A stretch of 64,000 nt of DNA from Lama guanicoe (taxonomy: Eukaryota): positions 4,062,071 through 4,126,070 of the forward strand of contig MU053810.1 of NCBI GenBank assembly GCA_013239625.1, read 5' to 3'. The notes beneath the pieces are model-generated. The model was given only the letters and a program-made list of their open reading frames with translations. It was not told where the DNA came from and did not search any database. This document shows positions 12,141 through 22,889 of the stretch, one piece after another. The first letter of the stretch is position 1; the number at the start of each line of letters is the position of its first letter. Position numbers and translations under genes: made by a program.

Positions 12141-13251
12141 GCACTGCAGGCGGCGAGGTCCTGCCTCCCAGCGGGGAAGGAGGCGTGGGCATGGAACCGG
12201 CCGCTGCCTAGGGTGTCCCGAGGGCTCCGTGGGGGCGCGCCCGTCACGCTGCCCCGGGGATCCGTGAGGCCGGCGCGGCCGGGCGCTGCCGAGATGGCCT
12301 GTGCTCACCCTCCTCCTCCTGACCGCCGCTTTCACGTGCCAGGAGCAGGCCCAGACCACCGACTGGAGGGCCACCCTGAAGACCATCCGGAACCGCGTCC
12401 ACAAGATAGACACGTACCTGAACGCTGCCTTGGACCCCCTGAGAGGAGAGGACAGCTCTGCCAGCGTAAGTGCAGTGACGGATCAAAGCCTTTCCCACGT
12501 TATGGATATAAACCATCCCCGCCAAATGGATGTGGCTCCCCACTGTTTGGTGTTCATCTGAACATCGGCATCCCTTCCCTGACAAAGTGCTGCAACCAAC
12601 ACGACGGGTGCTATGAGGCCTGCGGCAAAAGCAAAAACGACTGTGATGAGGAGTTCCAGTCTTGCCTCTCCAAGATCTGCCAAGATGTGCAGAAAACACC
12701 AGGACTAGCTCAGCATGTTCAGGCGTGTGAAACCACAGGTGAGCTCTTGTTTGACAGTGTTATACGTTTGGGCTGTAAGCCGTACCTGGACAGCCAACGA
12801 GCTGCACGTAGGTGCCGCTATGAAGAAAAGACTGATCTTTAAAGAAGATGCAGACAAGTGGTGACAGCAGATGAGGACAGAACATAACTTTTGACAAGAA
12901 CTGTTTTTACAGCATAAAGCTGCCTTATTTTTGTGAGGGGATTATTTTAAGACCTTGACACTAAAACTTCAAACTGAAACAAATGGAGGTTATCTTCTTG
13001 GATGTTGCTGCCTTGGTGTGCCAAATTGTCTTGACCAATCTGAGAAATGGGTGCATGTTAAGGGGAGAATTTTTTAAAAGAAAGAGTCTGTAGTTCAGTT
13101 TTCACAACTGTATTTACCAAAAAAATAAAGTCAAATGTAAAATTTATTATAAGATATGTTCAACATTCTCTTATTTGGAAATATGGGGAAATCTTCACTT
13201 ATGTTTGTTTACTCTAAAATTTAAAATATACATTTATGCCTGGAAAAAAAA
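12141..13251 (+). pseudogene. PLA2G12A: Processed retrocopy of group XIIA secretory phospholipase A2
   Basis: Intronless. One frame gives LTLLLLTAAFTCQEQAQTTDWRATLKTIRNRVHKIDTYLNAALD. After a 1-nt shift at ~12454 the next frame gives LCQRKCSDGSKPFPRYGYKPSPPNGCGSPLFG...KCCNQHD...YEEKTDL* (stop ends 12842). Has a GC-rich 5'UTR, a ~400-nt 3'UTR, an A8 tail at 13244-13251 and imperfect direct repeats (A)n-tcta / (A)n-tacta. Confidence 0.95.
12294..12842 (+). CDS. Putative chimeric ORF (182 aa): frameshifted N-terminus plus PLA2G12 catalytic domain; translation unproven
   Basis: ATG at 12294 (gagATGg) is open to TAA at 12840-12842. It retains the NGCGS Ca-loop, CCNQHD and 13 Cys of the domain. 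Confidence 0.3.
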   Translation: MACAHPPPPDRRFHVPGAGPDHRLEGHPEDHPEPRPQDRHVPERCLGPPERRGQLCQRKCSDGSKPFPRYGYKPSPPNGCGSPLFGVHLNIGIPSLTKCCNQHDGCYEACGKSKNDCDEEFQSCLSKICQDVQKTPGLAQHVQACETTGELLFDSVIRLGCKPYLDSQRAARRCRYEEKTDL

Positions 13252-13599
13252 TACTACAACATCTTTTTAAATGGCTATAGTGAATTTTATTTAATGTGTT
13301 TATTGTAATTTATATAACCATCCCCTCACATGTGAACATTTAATTTATGCCCATTTTTTAAACTGAGAATTTCTGGAATAGGAATCCTTCTGGGTACTTT
13401 TGGGGATGGGAGGACACACGTGTGCATATTTTTCCTCAAGGTAAATTTCAAGAAGCGGGATCATAAGATCCTTAAATACTCTTATTTTAACAAAATTGGT
13501 CCATTTTAAAAAATAGTTGGTCATTCTCTGCTGGAGACCAATGCGAATTCTGGTATTGATATTTTTCTCAAAATTTCCCTCATTAATATATTACACATT

Positions 13600-15640
13600 A
13601 GTAAATTCATTTATTTTTTGTTATGTAAGTTATGCATAATTTTTCAGGAAAAAAAATCTACACAGATGTAGCAAGATACCAATATCAATCTCCTGAATAA
13701 AACAAAGCAACCAAGCAACCAAACATTGATATCAGTTCCTGTATCAGTAAATGTAAATCTGTCCCATCCTTTGAAGCTACTGTATATAGACATAACACGA
13801 TTTTACCATGTTTCAACATATAGGCATTTAAAATGTTTCCAAATTTTCACTTCTGCGATACTCCAGGTAAAATCCTTGTACATGCTTACTATGTACATAT
13901 ATGAATATGTCTCAAGGACAGATAACTGGAGTGGAATTGCTGGACCAAATGGCATGTACAAATAAAGCTTTAATACGTTACTGCACAATGACGCTCCAAC
14001 AAGTTTGACAAATTCCTACTCCTGCAATAATATGTGAAAATACTCATTTTCCCACACCCTTGCCAATAGGATAGTATCAGTCTAAAATAATTTTTGCCAA
14101 TTTGATGGATCAAAAATGCTGATTTAAATTGGATTTTACATTAATAATGAGGTTAAATGATTTTCAAGGTTTAATGTCTCATTTATAACTATCATTAATT
14201 CTATTTGGTTGTCTTTTCCCTATAGGTATGTTTGTATATGTATGAAGGTGAATGTGTTCTTATATCAATTATTTTTCTTTTATATATCTTGCAGGGTTTT
14301 TTTCTCTAGTTATTGTTTGATTTTTAACTGTGTTAATAGGGTCTTTTCTTATATGGTCTCCAAAGTTTTATGGAGTTCAGTTTATTTAAAAACATATGTG
14401 TGTGCGTGAATGAATTTTCTAGTCCAAGGTAATAAGCACATTCGCTTATATTTTTCTTCAATTTTTAAGCTTTATATATATTTTAATAGCTTTATTGAGA
14501 GACAAATCACATACTATACCACTCTCTTATTGAAAATATCCCATTCAATAGTTCTTAGTATATTCACAGAATTGTGCAAACTTCGCCACAATCAATTTTA
14601 GAACATTTTTATCAGCCCCCCCAAAACTCCCGTACCCATTTGTAGTAACCTTCCATTTCCCCTCAAACCTGCACTTATCTTCGCACCCTAGGCAACCTCT
14701 TTTTTTTCTACAGTTTTGCCTATTCTGGACATACATAAATGGGGTTGTATCATATGTGGTCTTATGTGATTGGCTTCCTTCACTTAGCATAATGTTTTCA
14801 AGTTTCATCCATGTTATAGCTTTAATGTTTTTATAATTAGATCTTTTTTTTCGATTTTATTTTATTTTTTTTAACATTTTTTATTGATTTATAATCATTT
14901 TACAATGTTGTGTCAGATTCCAGTGTTCAGCACAATTTTTCAGTCATTCATGGACATATACACACTCATTGTCACATTTTTTTCTCTGTGATTTATCATA
15001 ACATTTTGTGTATATTTCCCTGTGCTATACAGTGTAATCTTGTTTATCTATTCTACAATTTTGAAATCCCAGTGTATCCCTTATAATTAGATCTTTAATC
15101 CATCTGGAATTTATTGACTTACATAAATTGGATAAATAATTGTACATAAATTATTGATCTTTTTATAAAGCTTAACCAGTTGTATCAGTGTTACTTACCT
15201 AAGATTCAGTCCATCATTTTCTCATTAATCTAACCTGTCTCCTTCATCGATATGGATGGACCTGTCTCAGAACTAGATTTGTTCATTCTAGTGTTTCCAT
15301 CACAAGACTGTGAGGACTTTACCCTGATAATGTAGTTTTGCTATATGGTAGGGCATACCACCCCTCATTTTCCTTTTCCTGAAGCTTTCTTAGTGATCCT
15401 TCCTCATTTTCCCTTCCCTTTGATTTTTAGAATGGACTTGTCAAGTTTCATCAAAATACTGTTTAACTTTTGATTGGAACTTTGTTGAAATTATAGACTA
15501 ATTTTGGAATAAATTTCATCTTTGTAATGTTGGTGTTTTCAATATTTTAATTGAATTTATAGCTGTATTTTTAATTCATTAGAGGGAGGGTAGATATTCC
15601 ATCTGGAATTAGTTTTTTAATTGGTTATTGATGTATAGGA
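13600..15640 (-). mobile_element. Cluster of old L1M fragments
   Basis: ggagtggaattgctggaccaaatgg; ttcccacacccttgccaata; the L1 3' end agctttattgagagacaaatcacatac...ttcacttagcataatgttttcaagtttcatccatg; ttttgattggaactttgttgaaattatagactaatttt. Confidence 0.7.
14847..15080 (-). mobile_element. Young 5'-truncated L1 3'-end stub
   Basis: L1 3'UTR motif (tttacaatgttgtgtcagattccagtgttcagcac...tttccctgtgctatacag). Perfect 16-bp TSD ttataattagatcttt at 14831-14846 / 15081-15096. Confidence 0.85.
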
Positions 15641-17789
15641 AGGTCACTTACTGAGACAGAAACTGCAGGGGGAGGAGCAGAGTTTGATAAAAAGATAATG
15701 AGATCTGCTTAGACGCATTCTGCCTGAGATGTTTATGAGAAATGAAGATGGAGACATACATGCCAAATATTGCACCATTCATTTTGGCGACATTTTTAGA
15801 ACGGCAAGGGGAAGGTGAATGGTCCATAAGGTCTTTTGAAGAAGAATGTGGTTTTTAGACCAAAAATGGAACTACTGGATTTGAAAACAAATCCAATAGC
15901 TTCTAACATTATAGTTGCAAATTTCTTTTTTAATAAAGGGGAAACAAAACACCAGGAATTTTATTTGACTTATCTTATTTTGAGAAGCTACTGGATTAAA
16001 TAGTTCTTGAACTCAAAGCTGCTCACGCTTCCTACACACTTCCCCTTTCTCCAAGATCTGGTTGCAGTTGCATTTTTCCATCATCCCAGGTTTTCAGCAC
16101 AGCAGGTTGTGATCTGGGTTTCCTAGGCAACCTGAGTGGTTAAAATGAAGGTGATGATGGCAGTATCCAGTGACACTTCCTCTTCCCTGTACACAGCAAC
16201 TCTTGCAAGATCCCTAATTTCTCAGTCTGAAGTCCCCCTCAAACACCTCAGGAAACCCTCAGGGGCATCTTGCTGGATTTCCAAGCATGATCCTCTTAGG
16301 GTCCATGCAGAGCCTGACATCTCCCCCTCTCCTGCTGTGCCTTCTCCATGGTGACTTGATGCACTGCTCTCTGACGTCCACCACGCCACTCGGGAGGTGA
16401 CTCATGGCCCTGTCCAGCGCAGGGTCATGCTGCCTCTCAGCTGGGCCACAACCGACATTCTACACGCTGTGCCAAAGATGCTGTAGCAGATGCACAACAG
16501 CCCTGCTGTGTTGTCTACTAAAGTGGGGAGACTCTCCCCTCTGTCTCTAAACATCATGTAACATTCTTACACAGCCAGAGGACAACCGTCTTGGGCTATC
16601 CACAAATACCTGTCTGCATGGGGTTAGGTAGCTGGCTGTGCTGAGCAACTGCTCAGACTGTTGGCCCAGCATCTCCTGCCTCTCCACGTGTCCAGCTGGG
16701 TGTGTGGTCCTAATCTTGAACCAAGCTTGAGTGCTGATCACCAGTCTCTTCAGTCTTGGTTCCACAGACCTTTGGTGTCTCATCACTGGGCCCTTCCAGA
16801 CATGACGAGAAAGTCTGAATCCTAGGATGACAGTTTAGTTTCAAGCTGGAACCGCTTCTGCTCATCTAAGGAAATGATTCAGAATCATGCATTAAGTTTG
16901 AATCATCTTAGTAGGCCTGTAGCCATCTGCTCAGGAGAGAGACAAATTGTGATTTGGGGCATATGGCTTTTGCTATTAAACCTATTGTCTTCTCCTAATG
17001 GTGAAAATGATGCATTGTTTAAAACTAAGGAATTGTTATAGCATGTGATTAAGCATACACTATAGAAGTTATATTTATGATTTGATGCTCAAACTAAATA
17101 AAGGAATGAGTATGAAAGCAGGGATGGATGAGGAATGGAGAAAATTGTGGCCATGGACAAAAAAACCAGGTTATATCTTATTCATCCTTTTATTTTTTGA
17201 GGGGAGCATGGAAGTGGCTGGAAGTCATCAGAGAGAATGCCCGAATGGTCATTCCTCCTTTTCAATACTCCTAATAGTGACTGTTGGTAACTACCTCCCC
17301 TGTGTTTGTCCTTTTCTTCATTTCAAGGGAATGAAGAGGTTTGGTGACCCCGGCTTGACCGGGCCTTCAGGACCTGCTGTGGATGATGCTCAATATGACT
17401 TCTCTGCTTTGGACTGATTCAAGCCATTGAGAGAATGTATAAGTTGATTTTAGAGAGTCTCACCTTGGCAGTTTTTAAAGAGTCTTCTAGTAGTCAGCAG
17501 AGACAGAAAGGTGGATATGAGACATGAACTTTAGAAGCATGCTGTTCTAACTCAACCTCTGCTTTTAGACAGGACTTCCAGTCAGTTGTCCAATCTCTTC
17601 TAATAATATCTCAAAGCCAGCCTATGGTTACATATCCCCATGTGTCACAGGCATTATTATTTAGGAAAAACTTTCCAACTTTTGAAATGTAAGGGATGTA
17701 TTCCTGTTCCATCTTTAGTGAGAATGACAGATCGTTATTTAGTCCTTCTGGCTCCAAATTGCATGTGGAATGGGATGTACATAAGCTCA

Positions 17790-18000
17790 GATGACAGACA
17801 AATTTGAATTTAAATCATGGCTTCACCACTTACTAGCTGTGTGATTTTGGAAAAGTCGTTGAACCTCTCTGAATTTCTCTTTCTGTAACTCTCAAGTGGA
17901 GCTCAATTATCCATCCCAGCAGGTAGTTAATATGAGTTAAATGAAATGATAGGTGTGAACAGGGCTGGCATACATTATTATGTATATTCAACAAATGCCC
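17790..18000 (+). mobile_element. MIR SINE relic
   Basis: ccacttactagctgtgtgattttggaaaagtcgttgaacctctctgaatttc. Confidence 0.7.
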
Positions 18001-19664
18001 TTGACCTACGTGTTATTTTCAGATATGCCCTAAATCTAAGTCACTATTTCGTATTGATCCTGCTGCTTGTGTAGCCAGTGACGTCAGCAAGGAAAGAGTT
18101 CATTACAATCAAGGAAGTCTTTAGAAATCTAGTTACAGCCCGAAGATTGGACTGATATCCAGGAGATGGAATTATTTTGCAGCCTAAGATTAGTTCAGTG
18201 AAAAAGATTAATGAGTCACATTATATAATCAGTTCAAGCTAATGACAAATGAATATATTCTGGTTTTTAGCTAGAGTTGATTTAATAACATTTGTGCAAC
18301 AACAGCATTAAATTCAAAGTCTGTTCTAGTGAATTGGACTTTACCCAGAATTTCCCTCTCGGAGATGAGGTCATTTTCATAACCTGACTCACCACTTTGG
18401 GGGCAGCCCTCTGTATGGTGAAGATTCAAGATTGCCACAAGAGCCCCTCCAATCCCCAAACACCCCGATCTTTCTCCTTCCTTCTGTGATGTAACTATGA
18501 GGAGATTGAAGCTTTCATCTACTTATTTCCACGAATTACATTATCTGGAAGAATCATCGGTTAAGCTGGAATCAGGCATTAATACTTTCACTGGCATTAA
18601 TTGCTCTGGTTAACCCTAGCAGAGAGTAGAGTCCTGAGGCAAGTTGTGTTGGAGAAAAACAAGTCAGGGTGGGTGGGAGACTCAGACCCTTGGGAAGAAG
18701 TGGGCCATCCACAGGGGTTTAAGTCTACTGGGGAGGGGCATTTACTACTGATGCCCTGAGCTATCAGAACAGACTGCTTATGTTTCAGTTGGTATTTGAG
18801 TCAATGGCGCCTTGTTCTGGCTTTCCGGTTTTCCTCATCCTGCCTTCCCACTATGTTACAAAATCTTCAAGGGAAGAGAGCTTCCTTCCCTTTTCTGTCT
18901 GTAAGTTTTCCTGAGAGTGACTTCCTTATCCGTAGGCATTCAGTAAATGCCTGTTGAATAAATCAGTCAGTCAGTGGAGGTAAAGGGGGTGTGCAACATG
19001 AAAGGGGCAATGAAAAGGTGTTGAAGAAACTGCTTTTTTTCCACTGAAGGCTAAACTTCATAATTCTATTTCCATTTGTTGCTTCATGTAAACTAGCCTT
19101 CTGTAAAGTCTTGTTTGTTTTATGCACAGCTTTGGGTCTGTCGGCTTCCTCTTTTTGATCTTCATGGCCATAATCTCCAATGCATTTGACCAGGCTCACC
19201 TCCTATGTGAGACAGGTGACTGTCTCTGCTTCTTCCTTCTCAGTGAACACCTGATCAGCATTCAGCTGATGATGCTCAGGGTGACCAGGAAGAAACTTAC
19301 CCTTTCATGCTAATATCACACGTGCAAGAAACAACCATGGAACACCATGCTGATGAAGTGCTCTGTCCTTAAGTTCAAATTACACTACAAAAATGAATTA
19401 ACTCACTAATAAAGGTGAACAAATATTGCACACACAGACTACAGCCCAAGACTAGAAATGGAGTGTCACATGAGATAGATACAGCAGGGCATGCCTGAAT
19501 ACAATTTTGTTGCCATGAACAACTTTTAAAATTTGCTCTGGAATATTGCAATGATTTTCTATTACAGAAAAACTCATTTCAATGTTTCTTTCATTAGAAT
19601 GGATTGCATTGATTCGTTCTCCTTATTTTCCCGTGAGGGAAGAGTATATTTAGTTATTTTTTCA

Positions 19665-21160
19665 TAATTAAACTTTTTTATCTTGAGGTAGTTGTAGATT
19701 CACATGCAGTTATAAGAAATACTGCAGAGAGATCCCATGTGACCTGTATGCAGTCTCAGCCAACGGTAGCACCTTACAAAACTACAAAACAATATCACAA
19801 CAGGATACTGACATTGATACAGTCAAAAGGCGAAGCATTTCCACCTCCAGCAGGGTCCTTCATTTTGCTCGTTAATAGTCACACCCACTTCCCTCCTGCT
19901 CGCTCTCTTCTTAATCCCTGGCAACAACTAATCTGGTCTCCATTTCTATAATTTTGTCATTTCAAGAATATTACATAAGTGGAATCACAGTCTGTAACCT
20001 GTGGGATTGGCTTTTTTCACTCAAAGTAATTCTCTGGAGATTCATCTAGGTGGTTGCATGTATTAACAGTCGATTCCCTTTTATTGCTAGGGTATGGATG
20101 TACTGCAGTTTGTTGAACCATTCCCCCATTTCCAGTTTTTGGCTACTGAAAACAAATATGCCAGAAACATCAGTGTGTACACTTTGGTGTGAACATTAGT
20201 CTTCTTTCCTCTAGGATCAGCACCTGGGAATGCGATTGCTGGGTTGTATGGTGGTTGCGTGTTTGTTTCTTTGTTCTTTAAGAAACTACCAAAACATTTT
20301 CCAGAATGGCTGGACCATTTTCCAGAACTGAGTTCCCTCTAACAATGTATGAGTGATGCAATTTCTCAGCTTTCTTCGCAGCATTTGGTATTGTCATTAT
20401 TTTTCACTTGAGCCATTTGATATGGATACAGGGATAGTTCATTATGGTTTTAATTTGCATTTCTCTAATGGCTAATGATACTGAACATCTTTTCATACGT
20501 TTGTTTGCCATTTTTATATCTTCTTCATTGAAATTTCTCATGCCTTTGCCCATATTCTAATTGGATTTTTTATTTTGTTTTTTTTTAAACACTTTTGAAC
20601 AGTTGAGAGTTCTTTATATAGTCTAGATATCAGTCCTTTGTCTAATATGTGGTTTGCAAAATTTTTTTCCAGCCTGTAGCTAGTCCTTTGATCCTTTTAG
20701 TGGAATCTTTCACCATTCACAACTGATCTTAGAAGCATTTTTGCAATGGCTGCTTTGAAATATTTGTTAGATGATTCCAACATCTCTGTCACTTGATGTT
20801 AGTATCCACTGATTGTCTTTTTGCATTCAGTTTGAGATCTTCCTGGATCTTGGTGTGATGGGGGACTTTTTAAATGAAATTTAGACATTTTCATACTGTG
20901 TTGGGATCTTATTTAACTCATCTGTTTTAGTTAGCAGTTTCTGACAGTGCTCTGGCAGGGGAAGGGGAACCTGATTACTGCCGGGTAGAAGTAGCAGCCC
21001 AGGTTCCCCATTTGGTCTCTGTTGACACCAGACAAGAAGGCTCCTCGTTACACCTGGGCAGGGAGGGGAGTTCTTGCTCTCCACAGATACTGCTATATCT
21101 GGGCCAGAGTGAAAAATCTGACTCCCCACTAAGCCTTCTCTGACATTACCTCAATGGGGT
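19665..21160 (-). mobile_element. Old L1M (L1MC/MD-like) fragments
   Basis: ttgaggtagttgtagattcacatgcagttataagaaatac; ggttttaatttgcatttctctaatggctaatgatactgaacatcttttcat; followed by a 5'-region-like segment. Confidence 0.78.
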
Positions 21161-21943
21161 ATACTCACAGGTTTAAAAATATCTTCCTTATATCTAGGAA
21201 ATGGACGTGACTACATTTCCTTAATGAATTTCATAGTTTTCCGTTTCTATCATTTCCTTGCTGATTAATTCTTTTATTTACAGTAAATCTTTTCACCTGA
21301 GTCTGGCAACTGCCTCGATGCCGTTTCTTCCCCCATGATGGATTTTCTTACATGCAGCTACTTTTTTCTCCCATCTCTATTCCAGTATTTCTCTGCTCCC
21401 TCTACTGTTTAATCACATTTCACCTCCTCTTTGCCTTGCTTCTCATTGTTCACTCCTTTTGAAGGCTGGTTTGTATTGCGTGTGCCCTTTCCAGAGCTTT
21501 TCACTTTTAAAATCAACAACAGCCCAAAGGGGGTTCAGTTGAAATGCTGAAAGTGCAAGTCAACGCATCCTGAGCTGAGACCTCTCCCTCTGGGTAAAGG
21601 GGGCATCTCACGTGGACCAGGGAAGGGGCAATAGCTGAGGAGCTGATTTTGAAGACTAAAACCCATTTCCTCTGAGGAAAAGAAATAGTAAAAAATTATT
21701 TAAGATCATATTTCCTTGTCTCAGCCACTTGGATGGTGTAGTGGGAATCAGAGGCTATAAATAGATAAACTTTGCTAGAAGCATCTTAAAAAACCACCAG
21801 GAAATGGCTAGCCTTGCTTGTGATACTTTAGAAACTAGCATGTTAGCAACTGCTCAGCACCATTATCTCTAATTTCACTTTTGCAAATATTATTTATAGA
21901 TATTGTCATCCCTTTGTCAAACTCTGGGATTCTCAGAGGTGTC

Positions 21944-21985
<42 letters not shown>

Positions 21986-22179
21986 AAGTATTGTTGATTT
22001 ACAATGTTGTGTTCATTTCTGGTGTACAGCATAGTGATTTATTTATACATATACATATACATATACAAATGTATTCCTTTTCATATTCTTTTTCATTATA
22101 GGCCATTACATGGCATTGAATATAGTTATCTGTGCTATACAGCAGGACCTTGTTGTTTATCTATTTTATAAACAGTAGT
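21944..22179 (-). mobile_element. L1 3'-end stub with a (TTA)n tail-derived microsatellite
   Basis: (tta)n at 21944-21984, then ttgaagtattgttgatttacaatgttgtg...tctggtgtacagcatagtgatt. TSD agaggtgtc at 21935-21943 / 22180-22188. Confidence 0.8.
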
Positions 22180-22889
22180 AGAGGTGTCCTTTGAATTAAT
22201 GCCCCATTTCCCCCTTCTCTACACACTCTTGGGCTTCTGGATGGCCAAACAGGATTTGAGTAATTGATTAGCAAGTTCTGCTAATGGTTTTGATTAGCTT
22301 TATTTGTTTTGCATGTAATTATCTTTCCTTGGTAATTAGAATTTAGTCACAGTATTCATATTTGATATAATGTTGGATAAAGATTTTGCTAGTTAAACTG
22401 AGATATAATTTCCAAGCAATTATAGAACAATCTATTCAAACTTATGGTAGTTGTATCTTCTGAGGAAAATAATGTCCTATTTTGTCATAAAGTATAAAGC
22501 AGTTTTTGCTTATGAAAGATGACTGATAACACAAATTGATTGTTTTTAAAAGTAATGTTTCCTGACAAATTATTTGCTAAATGAAATTGATATTAATCTA
22601 GGACCTAGTAATCTTTTATTTGGAGAGGCATTTGAAAGAGTTGGCCTTTTGGATCTATTTATTAGATTAATCTCTTTTTTAAAATCCCAATTACACCGTA
22701 TCTGGTGTCTGGGAAAGAAACAGTGTGGTGTCCCTGTTCACCTGTGTTCTCAGACCCCAATAAAATATTGTATTTGTGGACTATAGCATTCAGCTGCCTG
22801 AGCAGGTCTCCTTTTATCCCCTTAGGGAAAATGAAGTGGTTATCCGGATTTATCCAGGTCAGCAGCAGAGCTGGGCTGAGCAGGCTTTA

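Larger units (their letters stand above)
12000..13480 (-). mobile_element. Old L1M 3' fragment split by the PLA2G12A retrocopy
   Basis: ttcacttaagtatatgttgtaagacattttccaag (to ~12123) joins directly to caacatctttttaaatggctatag...ttatataaccatcccct (from ~13257). Together they form a typical antisense L1M 3' sequence. Confidence 0.6.

Noticed and set aside
12213..12293. GTG-initiated extension of the 209-aa ORF, and the overlapping antisense ORFs
   Set aside because: This is parental 5'UTR or GC-rich shadow frames. The homologous start is ATG 12294.
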